A stretch of DNA of 64,000 nt from Octopus sinensis (lineage: Eukaryota): positions 147,064,001 through 147,128,000 of the forward strand of contig NC_042997.1 of the NCBI RefSeq assembly GCF_006345805.1, written 5' to 3'. The notes beneath the pieces are model-generated. The model was given only the letters and a program-made list of their open reading frames with translations. It did not search any database and had not been told where the DNA came from. Position 1 is the stretch's first letter, and every line of letters starts with the position of its first letter. Position numbers and translations under genes: made by a program. Shown piece by piece: positions 14,440-26,571 of the stretch.

Positions 14440-14770
14440 AATCTAACCCAATGCTTGCAACAGAGTGGACTCTGGTAAAAGATACCGAAGGTACCAGATG
14501 ATGGTGGCTACAGTTTAAGTCTACCAGGCAAGTAGGCCATGAAGGAATTTGAACTTTGAACGCAAAGAATAAGAAGAATTACTTCACGGCATTCAGTCCG
14601 AAGTTTTTACTGCTTCGCAAATCCACCACCTTCAGTTGCTATCAGCCGTGAAATGATGAAAAGCAAAATTGGTCTCGGTGAAATTTGAACTCAGAGCGCA
14701 GTAAGTCGGAACAAATATCATGAAGAACTCTGTCCGACACGCAAACGACACTACCAATTCGTCGAATGAT
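14440..14770 (-). mobile_element. Degenerate SINE family B-related copies
   Basis: Two gaatttgaact..gaacgca B-box-like motifs with family B context. Confidence 0.55.
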
Positions 14771-14865
14771 GTAGGCTTAAGTGATGGAAACTTTTTAAAC
14801 TCAGACCAGCAACATGTATACCATGAGAATAATGATTAAGAAGCAAATGCAGGAATTATGTCAGA

Positions 14866-15650
14866 CACGGCTGTATGGTTAAGAACTCGCTTTGCAAACA
14901 CATTGTCACCGGTTCAGTCTCACAGCACGGTACTTTGAACAAGTATCTTCTGCTATAGCCCTGGGGTCAATCGATTTCTTGCGAATTAATTTGGTTTACG
15001 GAAACTGTGTGGAGTATATGTCTTTTATTTTCTTTTTCGTTGCAATCATTGGACAACGGCCGTGCTGGGGCACTGTCTGGAAGGATTTAGTCGAATAGAT
15101 CGACCTCAGCACTTATTTTTTAAAATGTGGTACTTATTTTATTGGTCTCGTTTACTGAAACACTGAGTTATGGGGACGTAAACAAACCAGCACCGGTTGT
15201 CACGCGGTGGTAGGGTATAATACAAACCACACACATACACACATACACACACAACGGGGTTCTTTCAGTTTCCATCTACTAAATTCAATCACAGAGCGTT
15301 GGTCGGCCCGAGCCTATAGTAGAAGACATTTGCCTAAGGAGCCACGCAGTGGAACTGAACCTGGAACCATGTGGTTGGGAACCTCAAAACATGCGGTAAG
15401 GAAACAAACCTTTTACATATCTGCATGTGTGTGTGTGTGTGTGCTTTTGTGTTTGGTGTGTCCACACCACCGCTTGACAACTTGTATCGGTCTGTTTACG
15501 TCCTCATAACGACTCGGCGAAAGAACTCGATAGAATAAGTACCAGATTCAGAATAAATACTGGGGCCAAATTTGTTCGACTTCGGTACTTTGTGTCTCTC
15601 AGCATGACCACACTGCAATGACTGAAACAAACGAGAGATAAAAGATATAG
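14866..15650. mobile_element. Nested SINE A: + head (14866-15020), - copy (15030-15385), + tail (15440-15650)
   Basis: Head, reverse-complement copy and tail motifs read directly. Confidence 0.75.
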
Positions 15651-16299
15651 AACTCGAAGCTATTTTTAGAGTGTTTGAAGAGGGGAAAGTAGACAATACT
15701 GAACGTAGCTACCAAAGTATCATGAAAGCAAGAAAAATAAGTCGGTAAGTTGAACATTTACTCAACTGTCATACAGCCACGAACAAAGAAAAGAAAAAAT
15801 AATCAGAAAAAAAAACTCTTTTAGAATATTAAAAATGTTGAAAACATTAATTTCTTTTGCATATATTGTTACAAATCAATAAACTAGTAAAGCATAAAAC
15901 TGCATCCAATTAATTTAATTCGGAAAATCATATATGTATTATTTGTCTAGACATCAATGTATTTATATATGTATCTATATATCTGAATACTACGGTTTCG
16001 AATACTGAGGTGTTCTCGTGGTACATATTACTCACAATAATCGAGAAATTTCTGTAGATATATCCGACGAGCTTCCGCACAATTTCCGTTCACTAAATTT
16101 ATTGAACCGAGCCTAGGATAAGTTTCCCTTAAAAACGTTAGGAAGGAGTTTAAGATGCTTGGCTATAACTACCTCTTTTTGTCGTCTTTCCTTGTCCTTG
16201 TCTTTCTTTCTCTATCCATTTATATAGATAATATATCATACATATACATACATATATTTGCACACACACACACACATATATATATATACACGTATATAT

Positions 16300-17690
16300 A
16301 TCAGGGTCAGGTACTGTAAAGTAACATAATGATTCGATGGCTATGGAGTTGGTACTGATAGATGTAAGAGATGTTGGTCCCAGGGAGCGTGGTTTTATTG
16401 ATGATATATCTGTCATAGCGCTGATGGATGAGCTGCTATGGCAATGTCGACTGCCCACTAATGTCAAAAATAGTTGCAGATACAGATAAACCGTGACTGA
16501 CAATTGTGGTTTGGCAGGACAGTTTAAAGTGTTGTGCTACCAACTCAGCATTTTGCTGGAACTTTTAAGGCCTGCCCAAGTGAATAAAATGCTATTAACA
16601 AGAATGGAGAGATGAAAAAACATTCTCGTAGGTTCCTATGAAAGCAGTTCGGTCTACGGACAAACTTCACGTAGGTGAGGCTGCACAGTGCTATTGCAAA
16701 CTCCAGTAGCCGGGATCATCAGTGGCGGATGATTTTAAAGTAGCGAAAGTCAGCTGCCATATAATGCTAAGAAACTCGGCGGAGTATATTGTTTATACAA
16801 CTCTCTCAAAAGTGTTGAAAGGAAGAAAATACATAATAGAGAACCTGCTGAGAAGGTAGAGACCATTCTGGAAAGGAAAGAAGTAGTATGTGCAGTGCAG
16901 AATAGGAAGATGGAAGCCAGACGGAGATGGCACAGACGGATATGTCACCAGAATAACAAATTCAGCGCAAAGAAATCCGTAAGATTGAAGAGGTAGTAGG
17001 TTAGGAAGCCAATGAGCATGAGCAGAATGGGCAGCACGGGAGACAACTAAGTAAAGGAGGCTACCGTGGAACGATTTATAGAGAAGGGCATCAACCATGC
17101 CGTGATTCCTATTGAGAGCAACATATACTATGTTTTTATTCCTGGTCAGTATTATATACCGTGGTTGAAGTACTGCTGAATGGCATCGTGTGGATGTTAT
17201 GCCACCATGGAGTATGTTTCGGCAAAATGTAAGTCACCCCTTGCGGAATATGCCTGGAGACGGAACTAAATCCTAACTGCACTGGTCATGCATTAAAGCA
17301 ACAATGCAGCAACGTCAATACACAGATGATCAACACAAAATTAGACTTAGGTGTTTTCCACAAGGAGAGTGATATAGGACAATGCAGGAGTGCAAACAAC
17401 AGAGAACCAGCACCCAGACTTCCGTATGGTACTAATGATTTGAAGGACAAATGTATTAGGAAAAGTAATATGAGATAAGAACATGAAGAGAAATACTTAA
17501 TATAAAGGACCTGAGAAATCGTGTGAAGCACGAGGGTGGCCGCTTACGATACTTCCAGTAGTGGTGAGATGTTGTGGGGGTTGTTGCTAGGCCCATTACG
17601 TTTTACTGGCTGGTATGAGACCTAGGAATGAAAGCAAACCGGTTATTTGTAAGATAGAGAGGGAGAAGCATATAATGCTTCATCGTGACG
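16300..17690 (-). mobile_element. Possible highly decayed APE-type LINE fragment (L2/CR1/Jockey-like)
   Basis: Higher GC than flanks; scattered minus-strand remnants (FNA, PWW, FSS..STL, KPRSLGP resembling KSPGPD); no continuous frame. Confidence 0.3.
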
Positions 17691-18454
17691 ATTACAGATG
17701 TATATAAGAGAAAGAACAAAATAACAAGCAAAGGACGAATATTCAACGAGTAGTAAAAGAAAATAGTTTGGTTGAAGTGGTTATAACTACATAGCGATAA
17801 TAGCTTTATAGTGGTTATAGTTGCCGCAAAGTTGAATTGGTTACAAAAGTTATCAGCCTTAATTAATTCATTTCTAAAAGTACCTTGTCACATTGCTTAG
17901 TGTTCCTGCTGTTGTCTATAGGTTTTGCATAACCAATGTTGTGGAAAGTTTATTCACTCTGAAATTACTGTATCAAATGAATTTGACAAAATGCTTCATG
18001 TTTCAATGGATTTTTACTTTTGAGCAATTCTAATGATTTAGCAGGAAATTCTATCATATAAAAGTGAAAGTCGTTCAGCTGAGAGGATTTAATGAAAATT
18101 TCGTTTCTGCAAAATGTTCAATCAAACGTGTAATGAGAATTAAACTGAAAGGGTTATTGTGAAGTCTAAAGTTCTTGCAAGCACAAATTACTGCTGTGAC
18201 ATTGTCACCTTTGTAATAAGACAAATGAACAATCGATCTTCAGAAAATTCCTATACACATATTAATACATATAAATGCTATTATAAAAGCCCCGTGTACA
18301 TAATTTATGAAGACATGAATAACATGGAAAACGTTCTAATTAAATGTTAAAAGAATTAATTTAAAAGTTCCAGTTGTCTCGGATAAACCCGTATCTAAAA
18401 CAGACTAGACATACAGTAATAGACGCACAGTAATCCATCCACCTATCTACACAC

Positions 18455-18515
18455 ATGCGTGCATACATACATACATACATACATACATACATACATACAT
18501 ACATACATACATACA

Positions 18516-18547
<32 letters not shown>

Positions 18548-18590
18548 CACATACATAACACACCCATACATACATACATATACATAGACA
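18455..18590 (+). repeat. (TACA)n microsatellite
   Basis: Read directly. Confidence 0.95.
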
Positions 18591-19042
18591 CGCACTCATA
18601 TTCACATAAAGTACACGTGTACATATTCTCAGATATCATTATATACAGGACATATAAGAAATATTTTATGAAGATACAAAATCTTGTGCCTCTCAGTATG
18701 TATACTCACAAGGTTATGAAATATTAACCACATTATTAGATTGTCTTTTTACAGTATTTATACCATTGATAAAGCATGTACTGTCAGAAAGTTTGTACTG
18801 TCAGAAACATTTTGCGAAATGCCCTCAGCATTGAAGGAAAGCTAAATGCACTAATGAATAACCTTATTAAAACAAATGAACCCCCTAAAGTATACAATCC
18901 TAATTATAAAATATCCAGCTCGTTATATAAGGCCTAAAGCTAAAGCTACTCGGAAACAGAAAGTAGAAGTTAAACTAAACTCTCCTGTCACTGCTTTATA
19001 CACAGGAGTCAATCTGAGAAAATTAAGAGAATATGCAACAGA

Positions 19043-19259
19043 TACAAGGGGGTGCTGAAAAGTTCCTGGCTTTGGGTAAAAGAAGATACTGGAAGACTAA
19101 TTAATTATGATTTTATCTAACATATTCTCCTCTCAGATTGACACACTTATTGCAGCAGTCCTTCAGTATTTCTAAGCCCTGTAAAAGAACTCGGAAGGTG
19201 GGGCCGCCTAAAAGGCCTTTCGTGAAATACTTAAAGCCGGGAACTTTTCAACACCTTCT

Positions 19260-19262
<3 letters not shown>
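19043..19262. mobile_element. Mariner-derived MITE (about 220 bp); partial second copy at 19850-19924
   Basis: TIRs tacaagggggtgctgaaaagttcctggcttt / aaagccgggaacttttcaacaccttctcgt; TA-type terminus; non-coding interior. Confidence 0.85.
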
Positions 19263-19287
<25 letters not shown>

Positions 19288-19290
<3 letters not shown>

Positions 19291-19500
19291 CTGTAAATGT
19301 AATATGTAACAATTATTCGGTAGCCATGATAAAACTCCGAGTTTCGGTGGAAATCCACGCCGCCAGCCCTTCAGTTATCCGTTTTTCCCCCTTTGGTCGG
19401 ATAACTGAAGAGATGCTGGCGTGGATTTCCACCTCGGCATCTGAAAATCGGAGTTTTATCATGGCTACCGAATAATTATCTCATATTACATTTACAGATA
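19288..19500. ncRNA. Foldback with a type-I hammerhead-like motif on each arm (minus 19328-19379, plus 19400-19460); probably Penelope pLTR-derived
   Basis: Arms are near-perfect reverse complements; each reads GATAA-CTGAAG(A/G)-stem II-GAAA-(C/A)TCGGAGT-T-TTATC with stem I GATAA/TTATC. Confidence 0.6.
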
Positions 19501-19571
19501 AATTCCTCTATTTACATAATATCGGAGTCTCTTTCATTCATTTGTTGTCTTACCATTTTTATCAATATATA

Positions 19572-19652
<81 letters not shown>

Positions 19653-19724
19653 GAATATATATATGTGTGTAAATATATGTTTATATACGTACATACATAC
19701 ACACACATACACATATATATATGC

Positions 19725-19850
19725 AAAAGAGACAGATAGAATAAGTACTCGTTTTACAAAGAATAAGTCCTGTGGTCGATTTTCTCGACTAAAGGCGGTA
19801 CTCCAGCATGGCCGCAGCCAAACGACTGAAACAAGTAAAAAAGAGAAAGA
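19725..19850 (+). mobile_element. SINE family A, 3' half
   Basis: gatagaataagtac..gactaaaggcggtactccagcatggccgcag..gaaacaagtaaaa. Confidence 0.85.
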
Positions 19851-20193
19851 GGGGATCAGTTAATTATGATTTTATTTAAACATTCTTCTTTCAAATTCAC
19901 ACACTTTCCAGCACCCCCTCGTATAATAACAATACTTTGTTCAAAATAACACGACATATAAACTTACTCAAGAGGAGCCAGAACAAGCACTTTCACTATA
20001 AACAGCCCATGAATTTACAGGAGAAACTGAAAAACTCCTAAGGGTTACTAAAGAGGAACATTCAAAGAGGTTAACAGGAAGAGAAATGTTCATGTTATCA
20101 TAACTGGGTGGCGGTTCAGAAAATTAAATACATCTCGCTATGGAAACAAATCTCCATTACTGACAGAGAACATCAATGGAAGTTAAGAAACAT

Positions 20194-20460
20194 AAAAAAA
20201 AATAAATAAATAAATGCCCCCTTTTAAAGCCTAGCCAGGCTCATGGCCCCGGTTTCCAGGTTGCTATGGCGTATGTTCTCCAGCTGGACGGGACGCCAGT
20301 CCATCGCAGCGTTACTTATTTTTGCCAGCTGAGTGTACTGGAGCAACGTGAAATGAAGTGTCTTGCTCAAGAACACAACGCGTCGCCCGGTCCAAGAATC
20401 GAAACCACAAGCTTATGATCATGATGCTGACACCCTAACCACTAAGCCACGCGCCTCCAC
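20194..20460 (-). mobile_element. tRNA-derived SINE family C, full length, with 10-bp target-site duplication
   Basis: TSD taagaaacat at 20184-20193 and 20461-20470; A-box tggcttagtgg, B-box gtttcgattc; (TTTA)n/T-rich tail. Confidence 0.9.
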
Positions 20461-21332
20461 TAAGAAACATTAAGGAAACCGTAAACAGAGAGCTTGTTGG
20501 TTATCAGTAAGTTCACCCTCGACATCTGCGCTATTTGGAAAGACACTTCTAAATAATCTAAAATTGCAATAATAGTTGTTTATATCCAGTTACCAGCAAC
20601 ACGTCTTTAATACAGAAATAATGCTGACGAAGTGTAAATGCAAATATAAAAATGATACTGGAAAGTGCGAAAAACTAATTCCCTTTTCCTTTCGCACGCA
20701 GAGAGGAATGTAACAGGTTTATTATATTTGAAATTCTTTTATATGATAATGATGGTACTACTGCTGCTGATGATGATAATAAAAATAATAGTCATAATAT
20801 TTTTTTTTTTATTTTTCACACTATTGTAATAATAATAATTATTTTAATTGAAGTGATGATAATTAAAAAAAAATGTATATAAAAAACAAACTAAAAACGA
20901 AAATCATCACCACCTTTGAAAGAATAACAATAATTGAAAAAATAATACAAATACGAGTAACAAAAGAAACAAAGGATAGCCCACTAAAGACTACTGTGTC
21001 CTAATGACTTCATATTTACACGTAATCACTGAATGGAACTGCAGATAGTATGCTATGTTCTGTGTAACTGTTGACAGTTAGTAAGTATAGAGCACTTGAT
21101 GGTTATACATATATAAAACAACATCTATCCATGCTAATTACAAAATACTGCTCTCTCACATACATAAGCACACACACAGATATCTGTTAGTTGTAATGAA
21201 CAGGGAAAGCAGTCAATCCAAACCAATAGCTTATTTAGGCTGACTGCTATTGTGGAGTTACCTCAACGTCTAGTTGAGACACATACATACATACATACAT
21301 ACATACATACATACATACATACATACATACAT

Positions 21333-21504
21333 AGGCGCAGGAGTGGCTGTGTGGTAAGTAGCTTGCTAACCAACCACATGGTTCCGGGTTCAGTCCCACT
21401 GCGTAGCATCTTGGGCAAGTGTCTTCTGCTATAGCCCCGGGCCGACCAATGCCTTGTGAGTGGATTTGGTAGACGGAAACTGAAAGAAGCCTGTCGTATA
21501 TATG

Positions 21505-21535
<31 letters not shown>

Positions 21536-21740
21536 TTGTTTGTCTGTGTCATTGCTTGACAACCGATGCTGGTGTGTTTACGTCCCCGTCACTTAGCGGT
21601 TCGGCAAAAGTGACCGATAGAATAAGTACTGGGCTTACAAAGAATAAGCCCCGGGGTCGATTTGCTCGACTAAAGGCGGTGCTCCAGCATGGCCGCAGTC
21701 AAATGACTGAAACAAGTAAAAGAGTAAAAGAGTAAAAGAG
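21333..21740 (+). mobile_element. SINE family A, young full-length copy
   Basis: A-box gtggctgtgtggtaag, B-box gggttcagtccc, internal (TA)n(TG)n, tail (gtaaaaga)n. Confidence 0.92.
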
Positions 21741-21774
21741 AATACATACATACATACATACATACATACTTACT

Positions 21775-22115
21775 CAGGGACCTGTCCACTCGACTAGGAG
21801 TACGTGGTTAAGTCCGTCACGTATGAAAGAGAAGTTTCAGCAACGGTACCGAAAAGACATAACCGAAAAGAAATTATGCGAAGGCAACTTTAAAAACTGC
21901 TGTTTTAACCACATATTTTCCTTACGACGTAGGGACAAAAGTAAAGCCACCAAGTTGGCTAGCCACGTATGGGTTTTGAAGTCTAACGCCATACCACATA
22001 CAACGGATCAAAAATGTAAGCTATGCGTAGTTGAAAGATCACAGATCCTTTCCTGATCTAAGAACTCCACCGTACTGCTGAATTTCAGATCTGAAATTTT
22101 TAGAGAATGTAAACA
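21775..22115 (+). mobile_element. Penelope-like element, GIY-YIG endonuclease remnant
   Basis: TCPLD*EYVVKSVTYE..CEGNFKN..NHIFSL..ATKLASHVWVLK..CKLCVVERSQI..LLNFRSEIFRECKH matches the PLE endonuclease C-terminal pattern. Confidence 0.75.
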
Positions 22116-22539
22116 CATGTATATATATATATTCTTGTTGGTGAATTGGAAAATGTCACCCTCTCCGAATTGAGCAGCTGTACTGTAGACTCTAGACACC
22201 TACGGTTAAAGGAAACTCTAATTCTCTCCCCACATTTTTCTTTTTCATTTCTTCTTTCTTTTTCCTTTTCCTTCGTTTCCCGCTGTTTTCAAGCTTCCAC
22301 CTTTAACATCTACTTTTTTCTTACCTTTTCTCGTACTTTCTCTTATTCTATCGTCTGTTTTAGCATGTTATGCCCTGTGGACATAGCCTGAGTATTGTGT
22401 GAAGGCACCAGATGTGTTATAAAATGCTGTCTGAGTAGTTTCCCTCACATAAAGCTATTAGCAGCTTTATGCGAGGAAATAAAATAAATGAATAAATAAA
22501 TAAAACTATTAGCAGGTCATAATATATATATATATATAT

Positions 22540-25071
22540 TAGGGTTATGACGTTTTGATTTTTGGGAAGTAAACAATTTCCTATATCAAAAGTCGATGAA
22601 CAATTTTATATATATGTAGGGAAAATAACCTTTATTTTAAGTTATTTTAAAAAACGTCACCCGACTTTTGACCCAAATCATGCAAAAATGCTGTTGGTGG
22701 TGGTGTCGAGGTTCATAATGCCTCTCAAGTTTTTACCAAACTTAGTGTGCTGGCTTAATGCAACGCAGAAGCAGTATATCTCAAATTTCAGCTTTCAAGT
22801 TTAAGTAGTTTAGGAGTTATAGTTTTTAATTTGTTACCACTTAGGCCCTACTTTAGGAAATATCTCCTTCCTCTCCTTTATATTTCTGTGATACTAAAAA
22901 CTCTGACTATATTAATTGCTCTTCCGAATATTAGGCTTATCCAACTAGAGTATCTAAAATAATGTCTCATAAGAGAAGTGCTTGTGTCACTAAAAGAAAC
23001 GAAAAAAATCTGGACGAAGAATCTCGTGCAATTTCAAGACTCACTCAAGAAAAGAAGACCTGTTCCTCTAGAAGAGCATTCTTTGGAAAACAACTGCAGG
23101 ATACCAATGAAACTCCAAACTGTCGGTCGCTACCTGTTCCTTGGAGGTACCATCAAATGAAGGAAAGAAAGAACAAAGGAAATTACGAAAGAAGTAACTT
23201 TTTTTATGGCAAAAGAAATTAAATTTCCCATATTTATCAATTCAAAATGTACAAGCAAAAGTAGCAAATGTGCTGAATACCTACAATAAATGTGTAAAAC
23301 GAGGAAAATACGATTCATTGAAAGGAAGTTTTGGCATCACAAAAGAAAACAGTTTAATGGCTATGCAATGAGGATAGAAGGTTATATTATCTTCAAATTG
23401 AAAGCAAGGGACAGGTTGGGTATGCAACTGGAAAGGTAGCCAGTTCCAAAACTATCCATTCATCCAAAAGAAGAAAAGTGTCCTTAATGTCAACTTCAAC
23501 CAGAACAACTCCAGTGTCATCGTCAACGTCTGAAGCAGAGACTGAAAGTGAATATCAAGAGTCCGAAAAATCAGATGAGGAATCCACACAAATAAGGAGG
23601 AAGTATAGCAAAACTAGAACTGTAACTAAGTTAGTAATACCTTCCAAGCTATCAACCCCAAAAGAAGCAACAGTTTGTCGACAATTACCTCAAAATGGAA
23701 TCAATGTCGAGACTCCTTCCCAATCTGGTATTTACAGATCGACTATCAGAGAAGAAAATGGAGAAAACACTACATTTAGAAAACTGGCCATTGCAATTTG
23801 ATGGTAAACGTATTGATGACCAAGAATACCAAGTGCTAGTTTTAAAGAATGAACAGCGATAAGTTAAGTTAGAAGCACTCCAATTAAGAAACGGAAAAAC
23901 CGATACTGATGTGAAAGGAATAACAGCTGTTTTAGATGAATACAATTTAAAAGATGATTGTCGCTGATACATCGAATGTGAACACTGGGTAAAGAAATGG
24001 CATTGCCATTCACTTGCAATGACTGTTTGCTCAAAAGGGTTTGATAGAACCGCTATCTATTAGTTGTCGGTATCAAATCCTCGATAGAGTTCTTCGTGTT
24101 GTAATGGATAAAGAACTTGGAGAAAAAAATTCATCTCCCAAAATTGAATACACATTCATCCTAGAGCTTCTAAGTAATTACGAGAAACTCCTGGCTAATT
24201 TAAGCAACGGCGAAGAAAAGATTACTGAATTCGCCGGATGGCGAGAAGACATGACATTTCTATTTCATTTGACCAGTGGTTTTTCGCTTTTTTGAGGACA
24301 CCGGAAAATTTCCTACTGTAAAGTTTAAAAAAATACTCAATTGGGAATGGTGGGGCCCCAGCATGGCCACAGCTCGTGAGCTGAAACTAGATAAAATGAA
24401 AAAAAACAAACTTAAGTAATGCAAGATGGAATTCTCGAGCAATAGCTCTTTTGGCATTTATTCTTCTACGCGAGAAAAGAGTTTTGCTTCTCAATGTTTG
24501 TCGCTTACAGCTGGGCAGACCTTTGGTTTACTGACTAAATGTTCAATGCACATGATTATCAGAAGTTATGTGGAAGCCTGCAAATTCATAAAAAAGCATT
24601 GAACTCCGTAAAAAACTTTTGGAATCGAAAACCATCTGAACTGTAAATTCCCAGAATAAATCAGAGTGGAGAACGGGCAATCAAGTGCCTTCAAAATCTT
24701 TATGATGTTTGTAAAAAGTAGCAACTCCAGCTTTGATTTATTTTATCTAACAAAACATATTCATTCTTTGTTACGTTAAAAAATTTGCAAACATTCAGCA
24801 GCCTTTTTCTTATACAGTTATTTATACTTCAGATGTATTATTTCTGCATTGTATTGTGTCAGTACACAAAGTTTGGTAAAACCTTGAGCAGGCGTTATGA
24901 ACCCCCACTGGAATTTTGCATGATTTGGGTCAAAAGTGGTGATTGATTTCTTAAGTTGGGGGTGACGTTTTTTTCAAATAAAGCAAAATAAATGTTAGTT
25001 TTCTAACTTCCATAAAAGTATTCATCGAATTACAGTATAGGGTTAGTAGATTATGAAAAGTCATACCCCTA
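22540..25071 (+). mobile_element. Decayed hAT-like DNA transposon (hATm-like termini); transposase pseudogene about 22962-24760
   Basis: Termini tagggttatgac / gtcataccccta; flanks atatatat / atatatgt (7/8 match, candidate TSD); motifs FDGK, DTSNVNTG..NG, CRYQILDRVL, WREDM, NARWNSRAI. Confidence 0.7.
24341..24410 (+). mobile_element. SINE A-type 3' fragment inserted in the hAT-like transposase
   Basis: ggtggggccccagcatggccacagctc..ctgaaactagataaaat splits the KKI..NLSNARW reading. Confidence 0.75.
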
Positions 25072-25074
25072 ATA

Positions 25075-25253
25075 TATGTATGCTTGCATACATACATACA
25101 TACATACATACATACATACATACATACATACATACATACATACATACATACATGCATGCATGCATGCATGCATACATACATACATACACACAAACATATA
25201 TACCTTGCTTTTCCCATAGTTCTTTATGAGGACTTTCAAATTATATACACACG

Positions 25254-25308
<55 letters not shown>

Positions 25309-25339
25309 GTCTGTCTGTCTGTCTGTCTGTGTCTCTCTC

Positions 25340-25408
<69 letters not shown>

Positions 25409-25470
25409 ATATATATATATATACACACACACATATATATATGTATATATATATGCGTGTGTGTGTCTGT
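25075..25470 (+). repeat. Compound microsatellite (TACA)n, (CTAT)n, (CTGT)n, (TA)n
   Basis: Read directly. Confidence 0.95.
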
Positions 25471-26003
25471 GCTTTGCGTTGCGCTGTGGTAAATCTTGCT
25501 GCCATATGAAAATCTGTAAGGAGAAACAGATATTCCAATTGATTTCCACGTTCATAGAATTCCGCGTAACGTAGAAATCAATGGAAAAGATACGTCTCAC
25601 ATTATAGGATACGGATTCCATCTTACAAAAAGTTATTCATAAACACAATTGTTCGTAACGTGAGGGATGACCCAGCGTAAAACCAGTCTAATCTACCCCC
25701 ATAACCAGATGGCAGTGGCCACTACTGTAATAGTTACGAAAGGATCAGCAAATAACAGATAGATCTGCATTCTTGCATGAATTGACACGGCAAAACATCG
25801 AACTGTGAACACTACGGCTGCATGCAGCTGAACATTCATCCATCGAAGCAACTTGAGTCCAATGTATATACGCACATATATATAAGTTCATGTGTTCGGG
25901 TCTCCATGTACATGGTTCTCGATTGTATACACACAAACATATATATCTGTTCGTGTTTGTATGTATCTGTGTTCTGTACATAATATATATATATATATAT
26001 ATA

Positions 26004-26278
26004 TAGGTGCAGGAGTGGCTGTGTGGTAAGTAGCTTGCTTACTAAGCACACGATTCCAGGTTAATATATATATATATATATTTGTACATCGGTTTGTCCC
26101 TCCACCATCGCTTGACAACCGGTGTTGGTGTGTTTACGTCCCTGTAACTTAGCTGTTCGGCGAAAGAGACCGATAGAATAAGTATTAGGCTTACAGAGAA
26201 TAAGTCCTGAAGCCAATTTGTTCGACTGAAGGCGGTGCGACAGCATGGCCGCAGTCAAATGTCTGAAACAAATAAAAT
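26004..26278 (+). mobile_element. SINE family A with internal deletion
   Basis: Head gcaggagtggctgtgtggtaag, (TA)n, then the 3' half. Confidence 0.85.
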
Positions 26279-26339
26279 AATATATATACTGTGTATAATA
26301 TAGTACTCATACTGTTTTAAATGCAGTAAAAGATATATT

Positions 26340-26571
26340 TCTTCCTACCTCTCCTGCATGACCCCCTCTGTCCGACATTCGCCATGATAGATCGCTAGCC
26401 ACAACACATTCTTTATTTTCTCTCCTTGTTTCTTTCTATGTTCCTTTCTGTGGAAGAGCGTAGGCTCGAAACGTTAAAGACTTTTTCACTTCCCGAGCGT
26501 TAAACTAATACATCTGTTTGTTGTCTACACCACCTGTCTTCGTCTTTTATATTTTTTCGGAATTCTCCCTC

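Noticed and set aside
16990-17002. 13-nt match to the let-7 5' end (gaggtagtaggtt)
   Set aside because: The match stops at 13 nt and no precursor hairpin is evident; chance.
21333-21410. tRNA-like A and B boxes
   Set aside because: They continue into SINE bodies and lack a complete cloverleaf; these are SINE heads, not tRNA genes.
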